A model generated the notes under the pieces. The model was not told where the DNA came from, did not search any database, and worked only from the letters and a program-made list of their open reading frames with translations. Shown here in pieces: positions 16,245-26,067 of a stretch of DNA of 32,000 nucleotides. The DNA is from Methanococcus maripaludis (GTDB taxonomy: Archaea > AGJL01 > Methanococci > Methanococcales > Methanococcaceae). The DNA is taken from assembly GCF_002945325.1 (NCBI RefSeq), contig NZ_CP026606.1:1620001-1652000 (forward strand). The letters run 5' to 3'. The position numbers and the translations under genes are program-made. Position 1 is the stretch's first letter. Each line of letters opens with the position of its first letter.

Positions 16245-18089
16245 TTAATTATTTTTACGATACCACATACATATCAAAAAGCCTGAAACGAGTCCCGTGA
16301 TTAAATACGTGATATTTATAAAACAATTTTTGTAGTCAAACCCGAAGGTATTCGTGTTATCCGAATTTTTTGAAATTTCGCAAAATACAGATTCTTCCTT
16401 ATAATTAAAAGCAGAACTGTCAAATTCTTTTAAAACATCCATATTCATCTGTGCATAAGCTATCGAATACTTAAAGTAGAGAATTTTTGAATATTTATCG
16501 TCTAAGTTTTCCGCGTATTCAAAGTAGCTGAGTGCAGAAACAGGGATATATTCTGAATTATTTTCCGTGTTTAACATGCAGTTTTCGGCCTTATTTATCT
16601 TTTTTTGGGCTAAATTTGATAGGTAATCAACATCCGTAGTATATTCTAAAAACATTGTAGAATAAACATATGCATCGATACTTTTTGACATTGAAAGCAG
16701 GTATTCTTTTTTATTGTATAGATCAATTGAATCGTCAATCTGGGACATAGGGTAGGCAGCTAGTTCTTCTGAAAGAACTGTTGAAGTGTAGACTACAACG
16801 ATTTCTGAATTGTCAAGATATTCCCTTGCAAGGTATTTTAAATCTTTTTCATCAATCTTTTCAGGATTTTGTTCTTCAGGCGATAATTCAAGCCACCAAA
16901 TTCCGGTTTCAGCTCTTAATTTTGCATAAGCGGCATATTCAATCGCAGAACTTAAATTTCCTTCATCGTACTGGTAAAATGCTTCATCCATTAATTCCGA
17001 AGCTTCATATACCCTGCTTTTTGCTGAAAAGACGTATTCAATGTTGTGTTTTGTTAGCGTTACATTTGAAAGTTCGTCCTTTTTTTCAGAAATACTTTCA
17101 TTTACGTCTAAAAGATAATTTTTAATGGATTCATTGTCTTTGTAATTGTATTTTGACTGCAATGTTTCAAATATGATTAAAGAATTGAAACTTCTGGAGG
17201 TTGCAGTATAATATTTCTCATTTGAATGCAGTTCATTTCCAAGGTACACTAAATTTGATGCAGTTTTTAATTCTTCTTCAAATTCTTCCTTTTTTGAAGA
17301 ATTTAGTTCTGATAAATCTAATTTTTCAGTTTCTTCAAGACTTTTTTTGGCATTTTCAAGTGTAACTTCGGATAATTTTTCCATAATTTCATTATATTTG
17401 CCATCTATAATTGGATTTTTTTCGTAATCCGTGCTGATATCGTGATTTGTAAAGTAGTACACCACATCATAGATGTTACTTACTTCAACAACTTTAATTC
17501 CAAGATTTTGGCCGTATTCGATACAATCAACCGAATTATTGTTTTCATCGATTTGATACTGCTGTCCGTAAGGTATTAGGAAATAATCAACGTTTTGTTC
17601 GGCCCCTACATTAATTTTCTCAATTATTCCGCCAACAGGACCAATTGTTCCATCTGGGCCTATCATTCCAGTCATCATGACGTTTTTATTCAATGTCCAA
17701 TTATTTATTGCGGCAATCGTTGCAACGGTTAAAACTGCACCCGCAGAAGGGCCACCAACTGTTGGAACGTCTGATCTTATAATATAATAAACATCGTGAC
17801 TGTCTTGATCTATCCCGCAGATATCAAAAGCTACTTTTGAGGCAATACGAGCTGATCCTTGCATATCAATATCTGTAAGCGGTAGGGTGTCCATATATGC
17901 ATGACCTTCACCATTTGAAACCTTTACATCGATATCAACAGCTGCCCCAACGTATCCTTCATCAGTTACTGAAACTGCAGGGGCTGTAATGCTAACGCAG
18001 TTTTCAAATGCAGTATTATTTTCTAAATCAAATGCAAATGTCGGAACTATCGACATTAAAATTGTGAAAATTATAATAAGTTTTTTCAT
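16245..18089 (-). CDS. Membrane-anchored/secreted archaeal S16-like (Lon proteolytic-type, COG1750-like) serine protease
   Basis: Signal peptide MKKLIIIFTILMSIVPTFAF; GGPSAGAVLTVATIAAINN with Ser nucleophile and VGGIIEKI with Lys, as in the Lon protease domain; no AAA+ motor; C-terminal TM FINITYLITGLVSGFLICMWYRKNN. Confidence 0.75.
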   Translation of the reverse strand: MKKLIIIFTILMSIVPTFAFDLENNTAFENCVSITAPAVSVTDEGYVGAAVDIDVKVSNGEGHAYMDTLPLTDIDMQGSARIASKVAFDICGIDQDSHDVYYIIRSDVPTVGGPSAGAVLTVATIAAINNWTLNKNVMMTGMIGPDGTIGPVGGIIEKINVGAEQNVDYFLIPYGQQYQIDENNNSVDCIEYGQNLGIKVVEVSNIYDVVYYFTNHDISTDYEKNPIIDGKYNEIMEKLSEVTLENAKKSLEETEKLDLSELNSSKKEEFEEELKTASNLVYLGNELHSNEKYYTATSRSFNSLIIFETLQSKYNYKDNESIKNYLLDVNESISEKKDELSNVTLTKHNIEYVFSAKSRVYEASELMDEAFYQYDEGNLSSAIEYAAYAKLRAETGIWWLELSPEEQNPEKIDEKDLKYLAREYLDNSEIVVVYTSTVLSEELAAYPMSQIDDSIDLYNKKEYLLSMSKSIDAYVYSTMFLEYTTDVDYLSNLAQKKINKAENCMLNTENNSEYIPVSALSYFEYAENLDDKYSKILYFKYSIAYAQMNMDVLKEFDSSAFNYKEESVFCEISKNSDNTNTFGFDYKNCFINITYLITGLVSGFLICMWYRKNN

Positions 18090-18119
18090 AAAATCCCCTA
18101 AAAAATTATGTCGAATCAA

Positions 18120-18728
18120 TTATAAATTATGGATTTTTATTTTATTTTTTGTTAAATTAACCAGTTTTTTAGTAAATTCATCTTCAAGTCCTTTTTTAAT
18201 TTCTAATTTAAATCTTACAACGTCTGAATAGTTTTCATCAACGATTTTTCCAAAAATCTTTGATATATCTTTAATTTTTTGTATTTCTGAATAATCAAAC
18301 TCTAAAACTAGATAAGACTTTTCAAAAACTTCTAAAATTCCGCTTGAATTTATAACTTCAGTTGCAGTATCGCTGTATGCTTTTACAAGGCCCCCGTATC
18401 CTAATTTAACTCCGCCAAAATACCTTGTAACAACAATTACTGTATTTTGAAGATTTTTTAATTCAATAACCTTGTAGATCGGCTTACCTGAACTTCCCTG
18501 TAGTTCACCATCATCGTCGTATTTCATTGCAAAATTATTTTCAATATTTATCCGATATGCAGAAACATTGTGTGTTGCATCGGAGTGAATTTCTTTAATT
18601 CTGTCAATAAATTCTTTTGCTTCAACCTCGCTTTTTACGGGTTTTCCATAACCAAGGAATAGTGAACCTTTAAAGATAAGTTCCACTTTTGAAAAAGATT
18701 TAAGTGTTTTGTAGGAATTTTCGTCCAA
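18120..18728 (-). CDS. YigZ/IMPACT family protein
   Basis: GSLFLGYGKPVKSEVEAKEFIDRIKEIHSDATHNVSAYRI, DDDGELQGSSGKPIYKV, VVVTRYFGGVKLGYGGLVKAYSDTA — diagnostic of UPF0029/IMPACT family. Confidence 0.9.
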   Translation of the reverse strand: MDENSYKTLKSFSKVELIFKGSLFLGYGKPVKSEVEAKEFIDRIKEIHSDATHNVSAYRINIENNFAMKYDDDGELQGSSGKPIYKVIELKNLQNTVIVVTRYFGGVKLGYGGLVKAYSDTATEVINSSGILEVFEKSYLVLEFDYSEIQKIKDISKIFGKIVDENYSDVVRFKLEIKKGLEDEFTKKLVNLTKNKIKIHNL

Positions 18729-18743
18729 AATACCACTCGAAAA

Positions 18744-20174
18744 TTAAATATTTATTTTTTTAAATACTGTTCCTTCTTTTGGGTTGTCCTCAATTTGATA
18801 TCCTAAATTTTTCAATCCATCCCTTATTTTATCAGACATTTCGTAATTTTTTTGAAGCCTTAAATCTGACCGCAGTTCAATTAAAAATTTGACAAATTCT
18901 TCTTCATTTGATTCTGATGATTCTTTAAAGTAGTTTTCAAACAATCCAAATATTTCCCCTATTATTTTGTAAAAATCAAGTGCTTTTAACAGTAAACCTT
19001 CACTAGGAGTTTCTGTTAAACTTAAATATTTATTAACACCATTAGAAACTTCAAATACTGATTTTAATGCTTCAACCGTGTTAAAATCTGAATTCATTGC
19101 ATTATAAAAATTATTTTTTGAATTTTTTAAAATATCGTAGAGTAAAAATTCATTTTCACCCCATATCCTCGATTTTTCCGATTTTTCAAGTGAAATTCTT
19201 ATATTTTCAATTACGTTGTATATTTTTTCAAGATTGTTTTTAACGTGATTCATTGATTCAGCCGTATAATCAATCGGGCTTCGGTAGTGTCTTTGAATAA
19301 AGAAAAACCTTAAAATTTCTGGACTGTATTCTTTTGAGATGTCCCCAATAGTTATAAAATTGCCCAAAGATTTACTCATTTTTTCTCCGTTAACCATTAC
19401 AAAACCCGTATGGATCCAGTAATTAACCCAATCTTTTCCAGAATATGCCGAACTTTGTGCAATCTCATTTTCATGGTGTGGAAACGATAAATCCCGCCCT
19501 CCTCCGTGTATATCAAATTGTTCTCCAAGATATTTTGAACTCATTGCAGAGCATTCGATATGCCATCCGGGCCTACCTTTCCCAAAAGGACTTTCCCATT
19601 TAGGTTCTCCTGGTTTTGCAGTTTTCCAGAGTGCAAAGTCTTTTTGGTTTTTCTTTTTTTCAGAAGTTTCAACTCTTGCTCCTGAAACCAAATCTTCTAA
19701 ATTGATGTTACTCAATTTTCCATAGTTTTTAAATTTTTTAACTTCGAAATAAACGCCGTCTTCAGTTTTGTATGCAAAACCCTTTTCAATTAACCTTTCA
19801 ATAAATGCAATAATTTCAGAAATATGTTCTGTAACTTTTGGATAAATATCTGCAGGTTTTACTTTTAATGTGGCCATATCGTCTAAAAATACCTTTATAA
19901 ATTGTTCTGAAATTTCTTTTGGATCTTTTCCTTTTTCGTATGCTCTTTTAATGATCTTATCATCAATATCTGTAAAATTTATAACGAGATTTACCGTATA
20001 ACCTATATGTTCGAGATATCTACGGATAATATCAAATGAAACGTAAGTCCTCCCGTGCCCTAAATGGGTGTTATCATAGACTGTTGGGCCACAAACGTAC
20101 ATTTTGACCTCATTTTTATTCAAAGTTTTAAATTCTTCTTCTTTTCTTGTGAGGGTATTGTAAACTTTTAACAT
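18744..20174 (-). CDS. cysS: Cysteinyl-tRNA synthetase
   Basis: VYNTLTRKEEEF, CGPTVYDNTHLGHGRTYVSFD (HIGH motif), GRPGWHIECSAMS, GGRDLSFPHHENEIAQS, KMSKSLGN. Confidence 0.95.
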   Translation of the reverse strand: MLKVYNTLTRKEEEFKTLNKNEVKMYVCGPTVYDNTHLGHGRTYVSFDIIRRYLEHIGYTVNLVINFTDIDDKIIKRAYEKGKDPKEISEQFIKVFLDDMATLKVKPADIYPKVTEHISEIIAFIERLIEKGFAYKTEDGVYFEVKKFKNYGKLSNINLEDLVSGARVETSEKKKNQKDFALWKTAKPGEPKWESPFGKGRPGWHIECSAMSSKYLGEQFDIHGGGRDLSFPHHENEIAQSSAYSGKDWVNYWIHTGFVMVNGEKMSKSLGNFITIGDISKEYSPEILRFFFIQRHYRSPIDYTAESMNHVKNNLEKIYNVIENIRISLEKSEKSRIWGENEFLLYDILKNSKNNFYNAMNSDFNTVEALKSVFEVSNGVNKYLSLTETPSEGLLLKALDFYKIIGEIFGLFENYFKESSESNEEEFVKFLIELRSDLRLQKNYEMSDKIRDGLKNLGYQIEDNPKEGTVFKKINI

Positions 20175-20184
20175 AAATTCCCCT

Positions 20185-21636
20185 TTATTTCATGGTTTCT
20201 ATTTGTTCCTGCCAATTTGTATTTTCATCTTTAAAAATATCAGTAATTCCTTCTTTTTTAAGAATTCCGCGAGCAGCAAGTATGCCTGTTGCACAAGAAT
20301 TTGTGATATCTCTTGAAAGTCCGGCTCCATCTCCTGCGGCAAAAATGTTTGAAACACTTGTTTCTAAATCGTCATTTACTTTTGTTTTCATTGCATAATA
20401 CTTAATTTCTGGCGCATATAATAATGTATGGTCGTTAGAAACTCCTGGAATTACTTTATCCAATTTTTCAAGTCCTTCAATAATATTTGTGACAATCCTG
20501 TGTGGCAGTGCCATTGCAATGTCGCCAGGAGTTACCTGTTTTAGTGTTGGATCAAAACTGCTTTTTTTAAGTCTATCCCATGTACTCCTTCTTCCGCGTT
20601 TTAAATCACCTAGTCTCTGTAAAATTGGTTTTCCGCCCCCGAGTGTTGTTGTAAGTTTTGCAATACTTTTTCCGTAACTTGTAGTGTTTTCAACAGGCTC
20701 AGTAAGTTCGATTCTTGTTAAAAATGAAAAATTGGTATTTTCACTTTTTTTATCGACCATTGAGTGTCCGTTTACTCCAATAATGTCGCCGTAATTTTCT
20801 TCTACAACAAAGCCGTATGGGTTTGTACAAAACGTTCTGACAAAATCATCGTAGGTATCAGTATATATGTGAAATTTGGGGTCGTGATTTATTTCAGTAA
20901 TTGATTCCATGATTATCGAGGGAACTTCAACCCTTACTCCAACATCAATCGGGCCGTGATTGGATATTAAACCTATTTTTTCTGAAATTTTTAAAAACCA
21001 CTCGGCATTACCCCTTCCCGGTGCAACAATTATATATTTGGCATTAATTTTTTCTTCTTTTCCAGAAATATTTGCAAATACCTTATTTTTTTCAAATTTA
21101 AAAACTTCAGTATTTAATAAGAACTCAACACCTCTATTCTGAAGTGTAATTTTGATATTATTAATCAGCTGTTTTGTGTGGTCTGATCCGATATGTCTTT
21201 GAATAATTGGAATAAATCTAACTCCATTTTGCGCAGAACGTCTTTGAAGTCCTTTTATTTTTTCAAAGGATCCTTTAAAAAGTTTTTTTGGACCTGCATG
21301 TTCTAAAAAAATTTTATCAACTTCAAAAATGAGCTGCCAGGCGTAATTTTCATCATTGGTTATTTCAACTAAATTTCCACCAATGTCTGGCCGTAAATTT
21401 AGTGTTCCATCACTCAAACCCCCTGCACCACCTACTCCATACATAATCTGACATGGGTTGCACTTTATACATTTTTTAAGTTTTTCTGCGGCACACTGTC
21501 TTTCTAAAACATCTTTTCCCCGATCAATTACGAGTGTTTTTAAATTACCATATTTTGATAATTCATACGCTGCAAAAAGTCCTGCAGGCCCCGCTCCAAT
21601 AATAATAACATCAAAATAATTCTTTAAATTTTCCAT
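20185..21636 (-). CDS. FAD-dependent NAD(P)/dehydrogenase-family protein (COG2509-like)
   Basis: FDVIIIGAGPAGLFAAYELSK Rossmann FAD motif; C-terminal IFAAGDGAGLSRDITNSCATGILAARGIL; two CxxC in AEKLKKCIKCNPCQIMYGVGGAGG. Confidence 0.85.
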   Translation of the reverse strand: MENLKNYFDVIIIGAGPAGLFAAYELSKYGNLKTLVIDRGKDVLERQCAAEKLKKCIKCNPCQIMYGVGGAGGLSDGTLNLRPDIGGNLVEITNDENYAWQLIFEVDKIFLEHAGPKKLFKGSFEKIKGLQRRSAQNGVRFIPIIQRHIGSDHTKQLINNIKITLQNRGVEFLLNTEVFKFEKNKVFANISGKEEKINAKYIIVAPGRGNAEWFLKISEKIGLISNHGPIDVGVRVEVPSIIMESITEINHDPKFHIYTDTYDDFVRTFCTNPYGFVVEENYGDIIGVNGHSMVDKKSENTNFSFLTRIELTEPVENTTSYGKSIAKLTTTLGGGKPILQRLGDLKRGRRSTWDRLKKSSFDPTLKQVTPGDIAMALPHRIVTNIIEGLEKLDKVIPGVSNDHTLLYAPEIKYYAMKTKVNDDLETSVSNIFAAGDGAGLSRDITNSCATGILAARGILKKEGITDIFKDENTNWQEQIETMK

Positions 21637-21765
21637 GAAACTCCCTTTGAATTATTTTTCAAAATAACGTATAAATTTATGATATTAAGCAGTTTTATAG
21701 CTTTTTAAAAGAATATTTTAAATGGAAATATTTATATAGAAAAACAATCAAATCTAAGCTAGATT

Positions 21766-21839
21766 GGGCTGATAGCTCAGACTGGGAGAGTGCCGCATTG
21801 GCTATGCGGATGCCGCGGGTTCAAATCCCGCTCAGTCCA
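21766..21839 (+). tRNA. tRNA-Ala (anticodon GGC at 21800-21802)
   Basis: Full cloverleaf: acceptor GGGCTGA/TCAGTCC with the G3-U70 alanine identity pair, D-stem GCTC/GAGT, anticodon stem CCGCA/TGCGG, T-arm GCGGG-TTCAAAT-CCCGC, discriminator A; CC follows. TATA-like tttatata about 35 nt upstream. Confidence 0.93.
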
Positions 21840-21860
21840 CCTAATCTATTTTAAAATGGT

Positions 21861-22829
21861 TTAATCATTCCAGTAGTCTCTTTTAAACATTTCAGAATTA
21901 TCTGCAAGTTCTTGTGGAAAAGGTTCGAAATAAGTCTGTTTTTTTAAATAATCAACGTTAAATCTAATAACCCACGATTTTAAAAGAATTATCGGGACAC
22001 AGAGACAATCCAGTTCGTCATGGTATCTTTGAAGTGAATCGATAAATAATGATTTTTCATCTTTCGAAATTTTATTTGATATATATCCAAAAATATGCAT
22101 GAGAACATTAATATTCGACCCAATGGCTGAGGGACGTTTTAAAAGTAATTGAAGATGTTTTTCGTAAAGTTTTATAATTTTATCAAAATTTTTGTTATGG
22201 TTTCCAACGATATTTCCTAAGACGTCTTTTTGTTTTTGATTATATGCCATAAATAAGAATTTATTGTTTGTATGAAATTCAATCAGGTTTTTAATAGATT
22301 CTGACTCTTTAACTTCTTTAAAATCTTTTATTGTATATAATTTGGTTAAAAAATGATCTTTTATTCTTTTATTTCTAAGTCGCGATTCTTCTTCAATTGC
22401 AATATCGGAATATCGATATAACACTTCTTTCGCAAAAAAGCCTTCTGTTTTTTGATTTGTCGGGTTTCCTTTTGCAGTATAAACTTTAACGTTTTTTATT
22501 CCGCATGATGGAGATTTGTGTTTTAATACTGCACCATCAATATTTTCAATTGAATCTAAAAAATCAGATGAAAATTGTGTAATTTTTGAGGTGTAATTAT
22601 TATTTGTAATATTTTGAATAAATTCAAATTTTTCATTTTCAAAAACAATTTTTAAGGAATTTCTAGGAATTGAAAGCCCTATTTCAACTTCAGGACATAC
22701 TGGAACGTAGTTAAAATATTTTTTAGTATTTTTAACAAAATCACTTGAAATCATCTGTCCGTCGTATCTGCATCGCCCATGTTCGAGGCATTTACTGACT
22801 AAAACATCCGGTTTTTTGAAATTTCTCAT
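21861..22829 (-). CDS. DUF523 + DUF1722 (YbgA-type) fusion protein
   Basis: Cys-rich N-terminus VSKCLEHGRCRYDG, VPVCPEVEIGLSIPR, LKHKSPSCGIKNVKVY (DUF523), then FLFMAYNQKQKDVLGNIVGN…RYHDELDCLCVPIILLKSWVIRF (DUF1722). Confidence 0.85.
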   Translation of the reverse strand: MRNFKKPDVLVSKCLEHGRCRYDGQMISSDFVKNTKKYFNYVPVCPEVEIGLSIPRNSLKIVFENEKFEFIQNITNNNYTSKITQFSSDFLDSIENIDGAVLKHKSPSCGIKNVKVYTAKGNPTNQKTEGFFAKEVLYRYSDIAIEEESRLRNKRIKDHFLTKLYTIKDFKEVKESESIKNLIEFHTNNKFLFMAYNQKQKDVLGNIVGNHNKNFDKIIKLYEKHLQLLLKRPSAIGSNINVLMHIFGYISNKISKDEKSLFIDSLQRYHDELDCLCVPIILLKSWVIRFNVDYLKKQTYFEPFPQELADNSEMFKRDYWND

Positions 22830-22888
22830 AATTGCCCACCAATTTCAAAAATTAGTTAAATTACTAAAAATAGTTAATAAAAAAGAAG

Positions 22889-24091
22889 TTAAATTAAATT
22901 TAAGTTACTTTCAAGGTTTCTTCGAATCCGATCTTTAATCCAGAGTGAAATTCTATCTCTATCAACACTGTACATTTCCATTTTAGGAATAATTACTCTT
23001 GAAACATCTATATCAGTTTTATTTAATTTAACAGTTATGATTTTATCAAAACCGTTCTGTTTTAATATATGTTTTACAGTTTCAATGTCTTTTTTAAGAT
23101 TTAATTTTGCATTATCTGGCATATCTTCAATATTTATTTCATTTTTGAATGTATACCACTTTTTATGTACTCTTTTCATCCTGTCGTAACTTATTCTTCG
23201 TACAACGTCTCCACGATTTGTATCTTCTCTTGCTCCATGAATTTGTGTTGCCCTACTTTGTGCAACTTCTGTCAATGCCCTTAAAACGGCAATTTCGGGG
23301 TGCAGGTGGCATCCAACGCCCATACATAAAAGTGCAGGGTCTTTTAAAACATCATCATCGGAAATTGCAGCAACCGTTGGAATCCCAACTTCGCTTGTTA
23401 AATCTTTTAGGATAATATTTATTTTTGCTTTTTCGAATTTTTTAAGGAGTTCAAAAATAAGCGGATTTTTCGCATTTTCAACATTTACTTTTCTGTAAGT
23501 GTTTTTTGAAAGTTCTGAAATGCTCCATGCATCTCTTTCGATTACCTCGAGCATCCCGTGAAAAATAGCTTCTTCTTCGGAATTTCCTGATGCAAGACCA
23601 TTAGTGTTGCTTCTAAATAGTTTTTTTCCATCATACGGGTGAACAGCACTGTTTATTGGAACGTCAAAGGTTTTACCACTGATAATATCTGTTCCGCTTA
23701 CCCATTCAATTCCATCAGTATCTGAATATTCTGCACGTTTTCCACCAGGTAATATCAAATCATCCAAGTTTATTGGGTTTTCAGGTTCTTTTATAAGTTC
23801 AAGTTTTGAATTTTCATCAAATTCTGCAGAATATCTTTCAATTGCTTCCATCGTGGATGAAACCTTTGCTTGAATTTCAGTGGCACCTTTTCCAGCATAC
23901 ACGCTGATTGCACCGTCTTTTGCTGATGGTCGAATCGATGAAAAAACAGGAATTCCAATTCGATCTAGTCCATCGATTCTCGCAGTTCTTGTGACACCAA
24001 TTTCTTTTATTATTGGCTCTATTTTTTCAAAAGTTTCCTCAGGGGTGCAGATTCTATACGCTGCAAGAGTGTAATTAATGTCGTCTTCCAT
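22889..24091 (-). CDS. YcaO-family protein, probable McrA thioglycine (thioamide) biosynthesis enzyme
   Basis: YcaO features: SSTMEAIERYSAEF, GLASGNSEEEAIFHGMLEVIERDAWSI, LCMGVGCHLHPEIAVLRALTEVAQSRATQIHGARED; single YcaO in a methanogen context. Confidence 0.85.
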   Translation of the reverse strand: MEDDINYTLAAYRICTPEETFEKIEPIIKEIGVTRTARIDGLDRIGIPVFSSIRPSAKDGAISVYAGKGATEIQAKVSSTMEAIERYSAEFDENSKLELIKEPENPINLDDLILPGGKRAEYSDTDGIEWVSGTDIISGKTFDVPINSAVHPYDGKKLFRSNTNGLASGNSEEEAIFHGMLEVIERDAWSISELSKNTYRKVNVENAKNPLIFELLKKFEKAKINIILKDLTSEVGIPTVAAISDDDVLKDPALLCMGVGCHLHPEIAVLRALTEVAQSRATQIHGAREDTNRGDVVRRISYDRMKRVHKKWYTFKNEINIEDMPDNAKLNLKKDIETVKHILKQNGFDKIITVKLNKTDIDVSRVIIPKMEMYSVDRDRISLWIKDRIRRNLESNLNLI

Positions 24092-24113
24092 GTTATCACT
24101 TTAATTGGTAAGA

Positions 24114-24419
24114 TTAAATTGATTTAATTTCCTTTTTTAAAATTTTTACAACATCATCTTTTGTTTTATCTGGTATAAGTACTGTTTTTTGTGATGAGGT
24201 TGTTCCTGAATTTATCAGTATTTCACTTTTAAAAATGCCCTTTAAAAATTTTATTATTGCTTTGTTTGCTTTTCCCTCAATTGGCTGTTCTTTAATTCTT
24301 ATTTCTATTCTTTTACGCCATTCATTAATTTTTCCAATTTCATTTTTTTTAGCGTTTGTAGTAACTTCGATATCAATTAAAATTCCTTTTTCTGATTCTT
24401 TGACCATTTTCTCAATCAA
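24114..24419 (-). CDS. DUF167/YggU family protein
   Basis: GILIDIEVTTNAKKNEIGKINEWRKRIEIRIKEQPIEGKANKAIIKFLKGIF matches the DUF167 pattern; 101 aa. Confidence 0.85.
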   Translation of the reverse strand: MIEKMVKESEKGILIDIEVTTNAKKNEIGKINEWRKRIEIRIKEQPIEGKANKAIIKFLKGIFKSEILINSGTTSSQKTVLIPDKTKDDVVKILKKEIKSI

Positions 24420-24504
24420 AATACCACCGTCTTAAATAATATTTGAATTTCTATTAAAAATATTTTGGTATTATACAAGAGTATAATATATGATATCGAT
24501 TACC

Positions 24505-24550
24505 AATAAATATATTATATATAAACTAAAGTATCCTCGAGGTGTTAAGG
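24505..24550 (+). promoter_or_regulatory. Strong archaeal promoter and RBS for hdrCB
   Basis: aatatattatatataaac TATA element about 40 nt upstream of aggtgttaaggatgatg start region. Confidence 0.5.
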
Positions 24551-24553
24551 ATG

Positions 24554-25105
24554 ATGAAAGCTGAAGAGTTGAACAAAGGTTTTGTAAACGAAATCATTGA
24601 AGCTGGAACCCCCGTTCCAGGAGAAAAAGAAGTAGCTTCATTAAAATCATGCTACCAGTGTGGTACATGTACAGGAAGCTGCCCAAGCGGTAGAAGAACA
24701 GCATACAGGACAAGAAAAGTTATAAGACAGGCATTACTTGGTATAGACAGTGTTTTAGATAGTGACGACATTTGGAAATGTACAACCTGTTACACTTGCT
24801 ACGAAAGATGCCCTAGAGACGTTAAAGTAACTGAAATCATTAAAACAATCAGAAACTTAGCTGCTCAAAAAGGAAACATGGCAAAACCCCACAAAATGAC
24901 TGCAGTATATGTTTTAAAAGCTGGTCACGCAGTACCTGCAAACGACGATACAGCAAAATTAAGAAAATCAATTGGTCTTGCTGAAAAAGCACCAATTGCA
25001 CAGTTCAGTCAAAAAGACATGGACGAAATCAGAACTCTTGCTAAAAACTTAAAATTCGATGAATTAATCGGATTTGACTGGAAAACAATGGGTTTAAAAC
25101 AATAA
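24554..25105 (+). CDS. hdrC: CoB-CoM heterodisulfide reductase subunit C
   Basis: Two CxxCxxxCP 4Fe-4S motifs (CYQCGTCTGSCPSG, CTTCYTCYERCPRD), size and C-terminus typical of HdrC; followed by hdrB. The ORF track's 24542 start includes extra upstream codons. Confidence 0.93.
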   Translation: MKAEELNKGFVNEIIEAGTPVPGEKEVASLKSCYQCGTCTGSCPSGRRTAYRTRKVIRQALLGIDSVLDSDDIWKCTTCYTCYERCPRDVKVTEIIKTIRNLAAQKGNMAKPHKMTAVYVLKAGHAVPANDDTAKLRKSIGLAEKAPIAQFSQKDMDEIRTLAKNLKFDELIGFDWKTMGLKQ

Positions 25106-25139
25106 TTTACGAACTTCATAATTTAAGATGGTGATATTG

Positions 25140-26021
25140 ATGAAATACGCGTTTTTCCTTGGATGTATCATGCCAAATAGGTATGCCGGTGTTGAATCAG
25201 CTACAAGAACAGTAATGGAAAAATTAGGTGTGGAATTAGTAGACATGCCTGGTGCATCCTGCTGTCCTGCTCCAGGGGTATTTGGTTCATTCGACCAAAA
25301 AACCTGGTTAACATTAGCTGCAAGAAACTTAGTAATCGCAGAAGAAATGGGAACAGATATTGTTACAGTATGTAACGGATGCTACGGTTCATTATACGAA
25401 GCTGCACACATGTTACATGAAAACAAAGAAGCTTTAGCAATGGTAAACGAACAGCTCAAAGAAATTGGAAAAGAATACAAAGGAACTGTTCACGTAAGAC
25501 ACTTTGCTGAATTAATCTACAAAGAAATTGGTGTAGACAAAATCAGAGAAAATGTTGTAAAACCATTAAATGTTAATATTGGAGTTCACTACGGATGCCA
25601 CTTCTTAAAACCAACTGCAGCAAAAGGTCTTGGAAATGCGGAACACCCAACAATGCTCGACGAACTCGTTGAAGCAACAGGTGCTAAATCAGTAGACTAC
25701 AAAGATAAAATGATGTGCTGTGGCGCTGGTGGTGGTGTAAGGGCTAAAGAATTAGACCTTGCATTAAGCATGACACAAGAAAAAATTGAAAACATGTTAG
25801 CAGTAGGCGCTGATGCTACCGTTAACGTATGTCCATTCTGCCAGTTACAATTTGACAGGGGACAAGTTGAAATTAAAGAAAAATTAGGCAATGAATACAA
25901 TTTCCCAGTTGTACACTTATCACAACTTTTAGGTCTTGCAATGGGAATGCAACCAAACGAAGTGGCTTTGGATGTAAACTTTATTTCCCCAGAACCATTA
26001 CTTCAAAAATTAGGATACTAA
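25140..26021 (+). CDS. hdrB: CoB-CoM heterodisulfide reductase subunit B
   Basis: [81 protein letters not shown] (CCG domains). Confidence 0.95.
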   Translation: MKYAFFLGCIMPNRYAGVESATRTVMEKLGVELVDMPGASCCPAPGVFGSFDQKTWLTLAARNLVIAEEMGTDIVTVCNGCYGSLYEAAHMLHENKEALAMVNEQLKEIGKEYKGTVHVRHFAELIYKEIGVDKIRENVVKPLNVNIGVHYGCHFLKPTAAKGLGNAEHPTMLDELVEATGAKSVDYKDKMMCCGAGGGVRAKELDLALSMTQEKIENMLAVGADATVNVCPFCQLQFDRGQVEIKEKLGNEYNFPVVHLSQLLGLAMGMQPNEVALDVNFISPEPLLQKLGY

Positions 26022-26067
26022 TTCCTTTTTTCTTTTTTAATAATAATTAAAAATTTAAAAATAATAT

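Noticed and set aside
20192-21142. Plus-strand ORFs (20192-20398, 20489-20677, 20960-21142) opposite the FAD oxidoreductase
   Set aside because: No motifs, antisense to a clear Rossmann-fold protein; spurious.
21800-21803. T at tRNA position 37 (next to the GGC anticodon) as evidence of a degenerate tRNA
   Set aside because: All stems are intact, G3-U70 and discriminator A are present, and I recall similar loops in related archaeal tRNA-Ala genes; no reason to call it a pseudogene.
21766-21860. tRNA-Ala as an integration site for a mobile element
   Set aside because: No integrase, no duplicated tRNA 3' end seen nearby, and flanking genes are ordinary chromosomal genes.
24554-26021. Possible selenocysteine (in-frame TGA plus archaeal SECIS) in the hdr genes, as occurs in HdrA of some Methanococcus
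   Set aside because: hdrC and hdrB here are continuous ORFs with Cys in all expected positions and no internal TGA.
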